DNA of 61,055 bases, filler included, from 5 parts of 5 records of this genome joined end to end with filler, not necessarily neighbours in it, one strand, 5' to 3'. Counted from the whole stretch's first letter, positions 49,497-59,637 are shown. Program-made: numbers and translations. Notes: a model not told the origin generated them from the sequence alone.

Positions 49497-50321
49497 TTAT
49501 TCCTCCATGTTGTCGGGCCTGTCTTCAATAAAAGAACGAACAAGGTTCTTTCCGCTGAAATGCCCTAATGTAATGAATCTTATCAAACCATCCGATCCGA
49601 ATAATTTATCCTTTATTTTTTTATGGTTCAAGCCCTGATTCCACAGTTCAAGAACCTGTTCGCCGGCTTCTTCAAGAATGTTTATCTTTTCCTGTATATC
49701 CCGGCCGGCGTTTTTTCGAACGCTGCCGCTGCAGGTGAACATGACTTCAGGATTATGGGCGGCCAGTTTTTTCAGAGATTTTATTACCCCCCAAATATCA
49801 TAGTCGACTCTGAGAGCCCTGTCCCGGCCGCCGACAAAGGCGTCTCCGGTAAAGAGCCAGCCGTTATTTTCTTCCAGGAAGCAGACGTGATCAGGACTGT
49901 GGCCGGGCGTGTGAATGACTTTCAGTTTATATTTTTCCGTCTCGATACATCCATCCAGAGGTTTGCCCCTGGAAGGTTCGGGCCAACCCCACATGACTTT
50001 TTGGTAGGGCTTGAGAGGCAGCATTTTCCCGGGTTCGGCCAAAACGGGCAGGCCGACCGGGTGCACGTACACATCAGCCCCGTAAATCTTTTGCAATTGC
50101 GCATTGGCCCCGATGTGATCTTCGTGGGAATGCGTGATGATTATTTTATTCACCGGGGTTCCGCCCAAGGCCTTGACTAATTCGTCGGCGGTGTGCGCGC
50201 AGCCGGTGTCGATCATGACGCCGTCCAGAAGGTAAGCGCAGGTAAAATAGAAGCCTTTTCCGAAATAATCCCTGCCCAGTTTGAATTGCCTGATTTCACT
50301 GAAGTCTTTTACTGTAATCAT
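49497..50321 (-). CDS. Metallo-beta-lactamase fold hydrolase
   Basis: 'THSHEDHIG', 'TPGHSPDH', 'FTGD'; start re-set to MITVKDF. Confidence 0.9.
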   Translation of the reverse strand: MITVKDFSEIRQFKLGRDYFGKGFYFTCAYLLDGVMIDTGCAHTADELVKALGGTPVNKIIITHSHEDHIGANAQLQKIYGADVYVHPVGLPVLAEPGKMLPLKPYQKVMWGWPEPSRGKPLDGCIETEKYKLKVIHTPGHSPDHVCFLEENNGWLFTGDAFVGGRDRALRVDYDIWGVIKSLKKLAAHNPEVMFTCSGSVRKNAGRDIQEKINILEEAGEQVLELWNQGLNHKKIKDKLFGSDGLIRFITLGHFSGKNLVRSFIEDRPDNMEE

Positions 50322-50527
50322 AATTAATACGCGGTTCCTTTTGATACCCGGAATTCGATCCAAATGATGTCGGCGGCGTATTATCACACAGACTGATTTT
50401 TCAGGCAATAGCCGGCCCGCCATATCCGCTTTTAACATAATATGTTAATATTATTCTTTATTTGACACATAATCGAACCTCAAAAGCAATTTTTTCAGAT
50501 TTTTTTGGATGGAGGTCCAAGTTTTCC

Positions 50528-50572
50528 TTGACATTTACCCTACCCATGGTAGGTTATCTACCATCGGTAGAT
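50528..50572 (+). promoter_or_regulatory. Sigma70 promoter overlapped by two tandem TetR-type operators CTACC-N3-GGTAG
   Basis: TTGACA 50528-50533, TG-n-TAGGTT 50547-50555; palindromes cctacc-cat-ggtagg (50539-50553) and atctacc-atc-ggtagat (50556-50572). Confidence 0.75.
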
Positions 50573-50596
50573 TATATTCGGAGAAAAACTAAGCAA

Positions 50597-51271
50597 ATGA
50601 CTGCGGAAAAAACAACAGGAAGCGGAACAATCATCCGGGCCCGCAAGGAACGGGAAAAGCAGCAAAGGATCGAAAGCATCATCGAATCGGCCAAAAGAGC
50701 GTTTTTCAGCAAGGGGTACATGAAGGCGACCATGAACGAAATCGCCAAGGGGGCCGAGATTACAAAGCCGACCATATACCAGTATTTCAAGAACAAGGAC
50801 GACCTGTTTTTTTCCTTAATGACGCCGGTCATAGACGACATCGGAGTGCAGTTGGCCCTGGTTGAAAAGAAAATGGCCGCTGGAGAATACAAAAACGGCA
50901 AGACCTTTTTACTGGACATGTTTCAAGCCTTTTATCACAGTTATGAATTGTCTCCCGATACTTTTCGAATAGTCCAGATGTTTCAACAAACCGGTTTGGT
51001 TTCGGAATTGGATCCGGATACAAGCCGGGCCATGGATGAAAAAGGCAGAAAAAATTTCGAGCTCGGCAGGAAAATACTGGATGATGCCATGGAAAAAAAT
51101 CTCATCAAGCGAGTGGACCTATACAGTCTGACAGATTTGTTCTGGGGGCTCACGGTCGGCGTCATTCAGTTGGAAGACATCAAGGGAGACGACCAAAAAG
51201 GCGACAAGCTGAAGAAATCGGCATTGAACCTGGCCCGGGAAATTTTCATTGCCGGACTCGCCCCGGATTAG
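50597..51271 (+). CDS. TetR/AcrR family regulator
   Basis: 'F..KGY..ATMNEIA..AEITKPTIYQYFKNKDDL'; start re-set to MTAEK. Confidence 0.92.
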   Translation: MTAEKTTGSGTIIRARKEREKQQRIESIIESAKRAFFSKGYMKATMNEIAKGAEITKPTIYQYFKNKDDLFFSLMTPVIDDIGVQLALVEKKMAAGEYKNGKTFLLDMFQAFYHSYELSPDTFRIVQMFQQTGLVSELDPDTSRAMDEKGRKNFELGRKILDDAMEKNLIKRVDLYSLTDLFWGLTVGVIQLEDIKGDDQKGDKLKKSALNLAREIFIAGLAPD

Positions 51272-51335
51272 GGGATGCGGCGTCGGCGCGGAGTGGATTC
51301 AAATGAAAATGAAACAATATTTCAATCGATCATAA

Positions 51336-52946
51336 ATGGAGGCGAAAGAATTGTCTGAAAACACAAATCGTTCAGGGATCCCCATTAAGCAGTATTACAT
51401 GCCGGACGAGGCTTCTTCCGGGTCGGCCGGGGAAGCGGAAGCTCCGGGTTCCTTTCCTTTCACCAGGGGTATTCGGCCTCACATGACCGGCGGATGGATT
51501 CAGCGCGAACTTTCGGGCGAAGGGGAGCCGAAACGTTCCAACGAACAATTGAAATACCTGATAGGCAAGGGTCAGACCGGAATCGACGTCATAGGAGACA
51601 GCCCCACCATGGGGGTGCTGGACCCGGATCACCCGTTGGCCGAAAACGCCGTGGGCACCCAGGGCGTTTCCTTGTGCTGCTTTGAAGACTACAGGCATTT
51701 ATTGAAAGATATCCCGCTGGATCGGATTTCAGTATCCAGTTCAGTACCCCCGCTGTTCGCTCTGACCGGATTGTATTTGACGGCCAAGGAAAACGGGACG
51801 CCCACGGACAAGCTGCGCGGTTCAGTATTGCAGCCTCCTTTTTACGCGGAAGACTGCGGTTACGCTCAACAGAAGTGCATCGACCTGAGGCTCCGCATTG
51901 CCCTGGATTGCATGGAATTCGCGGCTTCGGAAATGCCCAGGTTTCATTCCTATGTTGAAGACACTTATTTTTTCAGCGAATCCGGATTGAACGCGGTTGA
52001 AGAAATGGCCCTGGGATTTATTGAAATACGCTACCTGGTCAGGGAGATGATCAAGCGCGGCGTGGAAGTTGACCGATTCGCCCCCAGGATCGCGGTACTG
52101 GTCAATTGCGGTATGGATTTGTTTGAAGAAATAGCCAAGATCAGGGCGACCAGAAAGCTTTACGCTCGGATGATGAAAGAGGAATTCGGGGCCAAGGATC
52201 CCAGGTCCATGGCCGTGGTGATTACTTCTCACACTTCAGGATTGTCTCTGACCGCCCAGCAGCCGTTCGGAAACATAATCAGGGGAACGGCGCAGGCCCT
52301 GGCCCTGGTCATGGCCGGAGTGCAGGCCATAGAAGTTTCGGCATTTGATGAAGCTTATCGCACGCCCAGCGAGGCTTCTCACCTTATCGGGCTTCGCACC
52401 CAGCAGATTATTCACCTGGAATCAAAGACCGCCGATGTAACGGATCCCTTGGGCGGCTCCTATTACATTGAGTCGCTTACTAATGATATGGAAGAGAAAA
52501 TCTGGGCCATGGTTCAGGAAATAGAATCGCTTGGAGATCCGGCCCAACTGGTGGAGCAGGGATATTTCAAGAAAATATTCATGAACGCCATGGAACGTCA
52601 TGCCGGTGAGGTCGATAGTGGGGAAATTAAGAAAGTCGGATTGAACGTTCATACGATTCCCGAGGAAGAAGACACGATCCTGCGGGATATTGCCGAGGAA
52701 AAAATCGAGCCTTGCCGTGAAAGAATCGAATTTATCAAAAAATATAAAGAAGGCCGGGATCAGGCCAAGATAAAAGACGTCTGGCGGATGATGCTTGATT
52801 CCGCGAGGGACAAATCGGTCAATATCGTGCAGGCGGCGGCCGAAGCCACGAAGGCGGGCGCGACCATGGGAGAAATTTCCGGCATGTTGAGGATGGGGTA
52901 CGGCCAGCCTTACGATCCATACGGCTTTATTGAATCGCCGCTTTAA
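51336..52946 (+). CDS. B12-dependent acyl-CoA mutase, large subunit (divergent MCM family)
   Basis: 'PGSFPFTRG', 'FEEIAKIRA.R', 'TSGLSLTAQQP', 'FDEA', 'DPLGGSYYIE'. Confidence 0.9.
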   Translation: MEAKELSENTNRSGIPIKQYYMPDEASSGSAGEAEAPGSFPFTRGIRPHMTGGWIQRELSGEGEPKRSNEQLKYLIGKGQTGIDVIGDSPTMGVLDPDHPLAENAVGTQGVSLCCFEDYRHLLKDIPLDRISVSSSVPPLFALTGLYLTAKENGTPTDKLRGSVLQPPFYAEDCGYAQQKCIDLRLRIALDCMEFAASEMPRFHSYVEDTYFFSESGLNAVEEMALGFIEIRYLVREMIKRGVEVDRFAPRIAVLVNCGMDLFEEIAKIRATRKLYARMMKEEFGAKDPRSMAVVITSHTSGLSLTAQQPFGNIIRGTAQALALVMAGVQAIEVSAFDEAYRTPSEASHLIGLRTQQIIHLESKTADVTDPLGGSYYIESLTNDMEEKIWAMVQEIESLGDPAQLVEQGYFKKIFMNAMERHAGEVDSGEIKKVGLNVHTIPEEEDTILRDIAEEKIEPCRERIEFIKKYKEGRDQAKIKDVWRMMLDSARDKSVNIVQAAAEATKAGATMGEISGMLRMGYGQPYDPYGFIESPL

Positions 52947-52960
52947 ACTTAGGAGCAGAA

Positions 52961-53356
52961 ATGAAAAAAATCAGAGTGCTAATCGGGACGCTGGGAATGG
53001 ACCAGCATGAAGTCGGCGCCGTGGCAGTGGCCAGAATGCTCAGGGACGCGGGCATGGAAGTCATTTATATATCCAAATTTAACCTGCCGGCCGGAATAGT
53101 AAGAACAGGCCTGCAGGAAGACGTGGACGTCATCGGTTTGAGCTGCCATTCCTGGGAGTATTTGCATTACATCCACGACTTGATGAACCTGTTAAAGGAG
53201 CAGGATGCTGATATTCCGGTAGTGCTGGGAGGATCGGTTATCACGCCCAAGGATGCGGGGGCCCTGAAGGAAATTGGCGTGGCCGGCGTATTCGGCCCGG
53301 GATCGGCCAAGGATGAAATAGTGGGTGCGATAGAGGAGTTGGCCTCGGTGCAATAG
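52961..53356 (+). CDS. Cobalamin-binding small subunit of acyl-CoA mutase
   Basis: DxHxxG = 'DQHEVG', 'IGLS', 'LGG', 'FGPG'. Confidence 0.92.
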   Translation: MKKIRVLIGTLGMDQHEVGAVAVARMLRDAGMEVIYISKFNLPAGIVRTGLQEDVDVIGLSCHSWEYLHYIHDLMNLLKEQDADIPVVLGGSVITPKDAGALKEIGVAGVFGPGSAKDEIVGAIEELASVQ

Positions 53357-53453
53357 CGCCCTTTCATAGATGGAAATTTTTCCAAGCTCTATGAAAATTT
53401 CAGGAGTGATGGATAAACTATCCGATAACAGGACAAAATTTGAGAGGTCCGAT

Positions 53454-54077
53454 ATGACGGAAAAAAAAGTATTTACTGAAGAAGAACTGAGTAAGCTTGG
53501 CATGCGCACCCTGGACCTTGTTCTGGAAGCCCTGGAAAAAGGCGACAACAAAAACGCGGCTGGATTGGCCAAAAGAATGTATGCCGAATTTCTGGGAATG
53601 CACGACCTTTACCGGAATTGGGTCACTCACCTTTTAAGCATCATAGGAAAAAAATACGGGGACGAGGCTTTGCATGAAGCCCTGCATGAAACCGTGGCCG
53701 GATATTCTGCTCGCCTGGCCCGGGCTTATGAAGGCAAGGACATAAAGGCCAAGGTCAAGACTCTCTGCGCCGGACTACGCGGTCATCTTCATGCTTTTTC
53801 GGTTGAAGAAAGCGATGATGCTTTTACCATTACTCCCACGATATGCGGCAGCGGCGGCAGACTGGTTACGGAAGGCGAATATGATAAGCCGGATGGATTT
53901 CTGAAGATCGAAAAGTCCGGGGAAATGACTTTCAGCCGGCCCGATTTTCCGGTTTATTGCGCACACTGCTATTTCCAGAACATCGTGCCAGTCGGAGAAA
54001 GCGGGCAGCCCCTGTTTAATACGGCGCCGGCTGAGAATATCGGGGTTGAGCCTTGTAAAATAACTATTCCCAAATAA
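53454..54077 (+). CDS. Hypothetical protein with conserved-looking Cys motifs
   Basis: Start MTEKKVF after GAGG; 'CGSGGRL', 'PVYCAHC', C-terminal 'PC'. Confidence 0.7.
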   Translation: MTEKKVFTEEELSKLGMRTLDLVLEALEKGDNKNAAGLAKRMYAEFLGMHDLYRNWVTHLLSIIGKKYGDEALHEALHETVAGYSARLARAYEGKDIKAKVKTLCAGLRGHLHAFSVEESDDAFTITPTICGSGGRLVTEGEYDKPDGFLKIEKSGEMTFSRPDFPVYCAHCYFQNIVPVGESGQPLFNTAPAENIGVEPCKITIPK

Positions 54078-54226
54078 TTTGCCGACCGGGATTATTGCCG
54101 GACAAATTTTATTGAAGTAACCGGCGGCAAAACAACTAAATATTTCAATTGGTCATATACCCGGAAAATACTCTTCCGGGAGACGGATAAGTATTTCCTT
54201 AATTTAAGAAAACCTGGAGGTGCGTT

Positions 54227-55036
54227 TTGGATTATAAATTTCTGATTTACGAGAAAGAGGATCATATTGTCACCATCACCATTAACCGGCCCGAGGTGCA
54301 CAATTGCATAAACCACGAAACCAACCTGGAATTACAGCATGCCTGGAAGTCTTTCCGGGATGATGACGACGCTTACGTGGCTATATTCACGGGCGCCGGC
54401 GATAAAGCTTTTTCCGCGGGCTGGGATCTGAACGATGCCGCTGCATTGACGGAATTGGGCGGGTACGACAAGTTCCGCGCCGACATTCGCAATGTTGAAG
54501 GCTATTGCGGTTACACTAAGAAATTCGACATTTTCAAGCCCATAATCGCGGCGGTAAACGGGTATGCTTTTGCAGCCGGATTGGAGTCCGTCCTGTTGGC
54601 GGATATACGCATTGCCTCGGATAAGGCTCAATTTGGAGCTACGGAGCGTCGGTGGAATATAGTGGCCGGAGACGGTCTTTGCGTCAGGCTTCCCCTGGTG
54701 GTTGGTTATTCCAGGGCTTTGGAACTGATTATTACCGGCAAGCGCATCGACGCCCAGGAAGCCTACCGCATAGGCTTGGCCAATGAAGTCGTACCTCACG
54801 ACCAGCTTATGGAAAGGGCCAAGGAACTGGCCCGCTCGATCTGCGAATTGCCGCAGGGATCGATTCGAGTGGACAAGGAGACAGTGGTCAGGGGCGTCGG
54901 CAGGACTGTTGAAGAGAGGACTTTTATTGAGACGGAAGGCATCTACAGCATGATCATACGCGCCGGCAGCCACAACGAAGGGGCTCAGGCCTTTTTGGAT
55001 AAAAGAAAGCCTGATTATGAAGACGGCGGAGTATAG
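54227..55036 (+). CDS. Enoyl-CoA hydratase/isomerase (crotonase)
   Basis: 'INRPEVHN', 'FSAGWD', 'AAGLE', 'ATE'; TTG start after GGAGG. Confidence 0.9.
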   Translation: MDYKFLIYEKEDHIVTITINRPEVHNCINHETNLELQHAWKSFRDDDDAYVAIFTGAGDKAFSAGWDLNDAAALTELGGYDKFRADIRNVEGYCGYTKKFDIFKPIIAAVNGYAFAAGLESVLLADIRIASDKAQFGATERRWNIVAGDGLCVRLPLVVGYSRALELIITGKRIDAQEAYRIGLANEVVPHDQLMERAKELARSICELPQGSIRVDKETVVRGVGRTVEERTFIETEGIYSMIIRAGSHNEGAQAFLDKRKPDYEDGGV

Positions 55037-55074
55037 GCGGCGCCTGCCAACAAGCTTTTGTATGGAGGTTTGAT

Positions 55075-55567
55075 ATGAGTTCGATTACCTGCGCGGCTGT
55101 AATCGGCGCCGGGACCATGGGCGCGGGCATCGCCCAGTTGTGCGCCCAGAAGGGCTTTCCTGTAAAACTGCAGGACGTGAGCGATAAACAACTGGCCAGG
55201 GCGGATGCAGCTTGCCAAAAGGGATTAAGCCGGCTGGTTGAAAAAGGATTGATCACGGAAGAAGAAAAAGAAAAAGCCGGAGCCGCCTTTGCAACCACAA
55301 CCGACCTGCAAACGGCCGTTAAAGACGCGGACCTTATTATCGAAGCGGTTCCGGAAAACCTTGAGTTGAAAAAGTGGCTTTTTGAAAAGCTAAATGACCT
55401 GGCCAAGCCAGGCGCCATCTTCTGTTCCAATACATCATCCATAAGCATTACCGAGTTGGCGGCTTTCTCGGGCCGGGCCGGGCAAGTGATCGGGACCCAT
55501 TTTTTCACGCCCGTGATTACTTCTCCCGGAGTTGAAATCATTAAGGGGCTGAATACCGGCAACGAAA
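55075..55567 (+). CDS. 3-hydroxyacyl-CoA dehydrogenase (3' truncated)
   Basis: 'GAGTMG', 'EAVPE', 'SNTSS', 'HFF.P'. Confidence 0.9.
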
Positions 55568-55667
55568 NNNNNNNNNNNNNNNNNNNNNNNNNNNNNNNNN
55601 NNNNNNNNNNNTTAATTAATTAANNNNNNNNNNNNNNNNNNNNNNNNNNNNNNNNNNNNNNNNNNNN

Positions 55668-56072
55668 GCAATATCAATTGATGAAAAGCCTGAGGACCCA
55701 AGATCAAATTATGCCGTTCCCGGTTTATACTTTTTTGATAACAATGTAGTGAGCATTGCTAAAGAGGTAAAACCTTCAAGTAGGGGAGAAGTTGAAATTA
55801 CTTCAATTAATAATGTGTATTTAAAGAAAAATAAATTGAAAGTAGAGTTACTCGGCAGAGGTTTCGCTTGGTTGGATACTGGAACACATGAAGCAATGGC
55901 GGAGGCAACAGAGTTTGTTAAGGCAATTGAGAAAAGACAGGGGCTTAAAATAAGCTGTATTGAAGAAATTGCATGGAGAAAGGGGTTTATCGACGACAAT
56001 CAGCTAATGAATTTAGCTAAACCTTTGGAGAAGTCAGGTTACGGAACATATTTGAAGGATCTTTTAGGCTAA
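55668..56072 (+). CDS. rfbA: Glucose-1-phosphate thymidylyltransferase (5' truncated)
   Basis: '[14 protein letters not shown]', 'RGEVEIT', '[11 protein letters not shown]'. Confidence 0.93.
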   Translation, partial: AISIDEKPEDPRSNYAVPGLYFFDNNVVSIAKEVKPSSRGEVEITSINNVYLKKNKLKVELLGRGFAWLDTGTHEAMAEATEFVKAIEKRQGLKISCIEEIAWRKGFIDDNQLMNLAKPLEKSGYGTYLKDLLG

Positions 56073-56073
56073 C

Positions 56074-57138
56074 ATGATGAACAGATTGCAGAACATATTA
56101 GTAACTGGTGGAAGTGGCTATATAGGCTCAAATTTCATTCGTTATCTTTTTGGGAGCTGCAACTTTAATGGACGTGTAATTAATCTGGATAAACTGACAT
56201 ATGCTGGAAATCCTGAAAATCTAAAGGAGATCCAGAAGGAATACAGGTCACGATATATTTTTATAAAAGGTGATATTTCAGATAAAAACACTGTAAAAGA
56301 CACTCTTGAGAATTATGACATCGATACAATAGTTCATTTTGCAGCTGAAACTCATGTGGACAGGTCAATTCATGGACCTGCTGATTTTATTCAAACTAAT
56401 ATTGTCGGTACTTTTAATTTGTTAGAATCTGTCAGAATATTTTGGAAAGACAGAAAAGGTGTTGTTTTTCATCATATTTCAACTGATGAAGTTTTTGGAA
56501 GTCTTGGTGATAGTGGAATGTTTTTTGAAGATACCGCCTATAACCCTAGAAATCCGTATTCCGCTTCAAAAGCAAGTTCAGATCATTTAGTTAATGCTTA
56601 TTTCCACACATACAGTATGCCGGTTACTACTTCAAATTGTTCTAATAATTATGGTCCCTACCAGTTTCCGGAAAAGCTTATTCCTTTGATGATCAATAAC
56701 ATGCTCGAAGGTGAAGACCTTCCAGTTTATGGTGATGGTAAAAACATTAGAGATTGGCTCTTTGTTGAAGATCACTGTAGCGGAATCTGGTCAATTCTTA
56801 ATAGCGGGAAAGCTGGAGAAACATATAATATCGGTGGAGAAAATGAGTGGACAAATATAGATCTGCTCAATGTGCTTTGCGAAAAGGTAGCGCAAAAAAC
56901 AGATAAAAATAGAGATCACTATAAAAAGCTGATCAAATTTGTTAAAGACCGTGCCGGGCATGACAAAAGATATGCTATCAATTGTGATAAAATAAAGTCA
57001 GAACTGGGTTGGAATCAATCCGTTACTTTTGAAGAAGGTCTTGAAAAAACGATTGATTGGTATTTAAGCAACAAAGACTGGATCGAATCTGTAAAAACAG
57101 GTGAATACAAAAGCTGGATAGAGAAAAACTATGATTAA
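56074..57138 (+). CDS. rfbB: dTDP-glucose 4,6-dehydratase
   Basis: 'GGSGYIG', 'DKLTYAGN', 'AAETHVDRS', 'STDEV', 'YSASK'. Confidence 0.95.
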   Translation: MMNRLQNILVTGGSGYIGSNFIRYLFGSCNFNGRVINLDKLTYAGNPENLKEIQKEYRSRYIFIKGDISDKNTVKDTLENYDIDTIVHFAAETHVDRSIHGPADFIQTNIVGTFNLLESVRIFWKDRKGVVFHHISTDEVFGSLGDSGMFFEDTAYNPRNPYSASKASSDHLVNAYFHTYSMPVTTSNCSNNYGPYQFPEKLIPLMINNMLEGEDLPVYGDGKNIRDWLFVEDHCSGIWSILNSGKAGETYNIGGENEWTNIDLLNVLCEKVAQKTDKNRDHYKKLIKFVKDRAGHDKRYAINCDKIKSELGWNQSVTFEEGLEKTIDWYLSNKDWIESVKTGEYKSWIEKNYD

Positions 57139-58210
57139 AAAAACAGTTCCTGTTACAAAACCATACTTGCCATCGAGAAAGAAGTTCGACAAGTATGTTG
57201 ACAGGATCTATGAATCTAATTTGCTAACTAATAATGGACCTTTAGTACAAGAATTTGAGACTAGACTATCAGAATATCTTGGGGTGAAACACATTCTGCC
57301 TGTTGCAAACGGCACGTTGGCTTTAATGGTTGCATATAAAGTGCTTGGGCTGAGTGGAGAGGTGATCACAACCCCTTTTTCCTTTGTAGGGACATCCAGT
57401 TCTCTAGTTTGGGAATGTTTAACTCCGGTCTTTGCTGATATCGATCCGGGAACATTTAATATGAATCCGAAAGAGATAGAAAAGAATGTTACTGCAAAAA
57501 CATCAGCAATACTTCCAGTTCATGTGTTTGGGAATCCTTGTAATATTAGAGCAATACAAAAGATCGCGGATGAAAACAACTTGAAAGTGATCTATGATGC
57601 AGCGCATTCATTTGGAGTAAAAAGAGATGGAAAAAGTGTTTTAAATAATGGTGACATTTCAATTTTAAGTTTTCATGCTACCAAGCTTTTCCATTCAATT
57701 GAAGGTGGAGCATTAATATTTAAAGATAAAGCCCTTTATGAAAAAGCAAAATCTATGATAAATTTTGGTATTGAAAATGGCGAGGTCAAAGAGATAGGAA
57801 TAAATGCCAAAATGAATGAATTTCAAGCTGCAATGGGACTTTGTGTTCTGGATGATGCTGATATTATTCTTCGCAACAGGAAAGAAATTTTTAGCTTTTA
57901 CCATGAAAACTTAAAAGACCATGTTCAATTTCAGAAATTCAACGAAGATGAATATAATTACAGCTATGTTCCTGTCCTGTTTAAAAATGAAGAAGAGCTT
58001 TTAAAAGTTCAGGAAGAGCTTAACAGGAACAATGTTTATCCAAGAAGGTATTTTTACCCACCTTTAAATGAGTTGAAATATTTGGGAAAAAAGCAAAGAT
58101 GCCCAATAAGTGATGACATTTCAAAACGAATTCTCTGTTTACCTATCTATTCAGGTCTTGCGGTTTCGAGTATAGAAAGGATTGCCGGTTTTTTAAAAAA
58201 GGGAGACTGA
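57131..58210 (+). CDS. DegT/DnrJ/EryC1/StrS aminotransferase (VioA-like)
   Basis: 'TNNGP', 'DAAH', 'SFHATK.F...EGG', 'NAKMNE', 'RRYFYP'. Confidence 0.9.
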   Translation: MIKKTVPVTKPYLPSRKKFDKYVDRIYESNLLTNNGPLVQEFETRLSEYLGVKHILPVANGTLALMVAYKVLGLSGEVITTPFSFVGTSSSLVWECLTPVFADIDPGTFNMNPKEIEKNVTAKTSAILPVHVFGNPCNIRAIQKIADENNLKVIYDAAHSFGVKRDGKSVLNNGDISILSFHATKLFHSIEGGALIFKDKALYEKAKSMINFGIENGEVKEIGINAKMNEFQAAMGLCVLDDADIILRNRKEIFSFYHENLKDHVQFQKFNEDEYNYSYVPVLFKNEEELLKVQEELNRNNVYPRRYFYPPLNELKYLGKKQRCPISDDISKRILCLPIYSGLAVSSIERIAGFLKKGD

Positions 58211-58908
58211 TGAAGCTTGCCATAATGCAACCATATTTCTTACCTTATATTGGATATTGGCAGTTACTTAGTGCAGTCGACCTTTTTGTTGTTTATGATA
58301 ATATTGAATACACAAAAAAAGGATGGATAAATAGAAATCGAATGCTTTTAAATGGACAAGGTTCAACTTTCTCAGTTCCTATTAAAAAAGATAGTGATAG
58401 TCTTAATATCAACGAAAGGTATGTATCCCAAGATTTCAATAGAAGTAAGCTTCTAGCAAAAATCGATTCTGCATATAGAAAAGCCCCTTTTTTTGCAGAT
58501 GTAATGCCTTTAATAGAAGATGTCGTTAATTTTAAGAATGATAATAATTTGTTTGAGTACATTTATCACTCAATTAATAAGATTCGGAAATATCTTGAAA
58601 TAAAGACTCCGGTCATAGTTTCATCATCTATAAATATTGATCACAGTTTGAGAGCTGAGCATAAAGTGTTAGCAATTTGTAAAGATCTTAAGGCTGACAC
58701 TTATATTAACCCTATTGGAGGAAAAGAGCTTTACTTAAGAGATACTTTTCTTTTGGAAGGTTTAGAGTTAAAGTTCTTAAAAAATAAAGACTGTCAATAT
58801 CGACAGTTTGATCATGGTTTTGTTTCCAGTTTATCCATAATGGATATCTTAATGTTTAATAATAAGCCGGAAACTATCTCTTTGTTAAAATCTTTTATAT
58901 TGGAGTAA
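58210..58908 (+). CDS. WbqC family protein
   Basis: 'AIMQPYFLPYIGYW', 'WINRNR', 'YINPIGG'. Confidence 0.9.
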   Translation: MKLAIMQPYFLPYIGYWQLLSAVDLFVVYDNIEYTKKGWINRNRMLLNGQGSTFSVPIKKDSDSLNINERYVSQDFNRSKLLAKIDSAYRKAPFFADVMPLIEDVVNFKNDNNLFEYIYHSINKIRKYLEIKTPVIVSSSINIDHSLRAEHKVLAICKDLKADTYINPIGGKELYLRDTFLLEGLELKFLKNKDCQYRQFDHGFVSSLSIMDILMFNNKPETISLLKSFILE

Positions 58909-58911
58909 GTA

Positions 58912-59637
58912 ATGGGAAATATTTTAGATAGTCATTTGAAGGCATATCGCGGAGAAAGTCTTTATGACTTTGATAATGAAGTTATTCTAAAATGGTATCC
59001 AAGAAGGATCAAAGAGTTTTGTAGAGAATCTGATTCAATGCTGGAGCTTGGACTTGGTCATGGGTTTACTACGGACTCTTTTTCCCAATTCTTCTCCAGA
59101 CATGTTGTTCTTGATGGTTCCCCTGCAGTTATTGAAAGGTTTAAAAAAGTTTTTCCTCAATGCAGATCTGAAATAATAGAGACATATTTTGAGGATTTTT
59201 ATACTGACGAAAAATTTGATGTTATTATGCTGGGTTTTGTTTTAGAACATGTTGATGATCCGGTTCAAATTCTTAAACATGTAAAGCAGTTCTTAGCGCC
59301 TAATGGTAAAATATTTTTAGCGGTACCAAATGCGGACTCTTTGAATAGAAGACTTGGACATTCAGCAGGTATGCTGCCAGACACAAAAGTGCTGTCCGAG
59401 CATGATGTTTTGTTAGGACACAAAAGATACTATACTGTAGAAACTTTATCGCAGGATATTAATGTCTCCGGATATAAAGTTGATCTTATGGAGGGAATAT
59501 ATTTGAAGCCATTTACAACTGAGCAGATATTGTCATTGGAGCTTGATAAAAGTGTCGTCGATGCTCTCTGTGAAGTTGGAATAGACTATCCGGAATTATC
59601 GTGCGGTATCCTTGCAAAGATCGTGGAGGATAAATGA
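58912..59637 (+). CDS. Class I SAM-dependent methyltransferase
   Basis: 'LELGLGHG', 'VLEHVDDP', 'VPNA'. Confidence 0.88.
   Translation: MGNILDSHLKAYRGESLYDFDNEVILKWYPRRIKEFCRESDSMLELGLGHGFTTDSFSQFFSRHVVLDGSPAVIERFKKVFPQCRSEIIETYFEDFYTDEKFDVIMLGFVLEHVDDPVQILKHVKQFLAPNGKIFLAVPNADSLNRRLGHSAGMLPDTKVLSEHDVLLGHKRYYTVETLSQDINVSGYKVDLMEGIYLKPFTTEQILSLELDKSVVDALCEVGIDYPELSCGILAKIVEDK

Noticed and set aside
54332-55562. Long minus-strand ORFs (213 and 202 aa) and similar shadow ORFs elsewhere
   Set aside because: They are antisense to well-supported genes in GC-richer DNA and carry no motifs.
20164-55667. Four identical TTAATTAATTAA elements flanked by Ns, and the phage next to panB suggesting a prophage
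   Set aside because: These are artificial contig linkers. Adjacency across them has no biological meaning, and ORFs running into the X/N stretches are artefacts.
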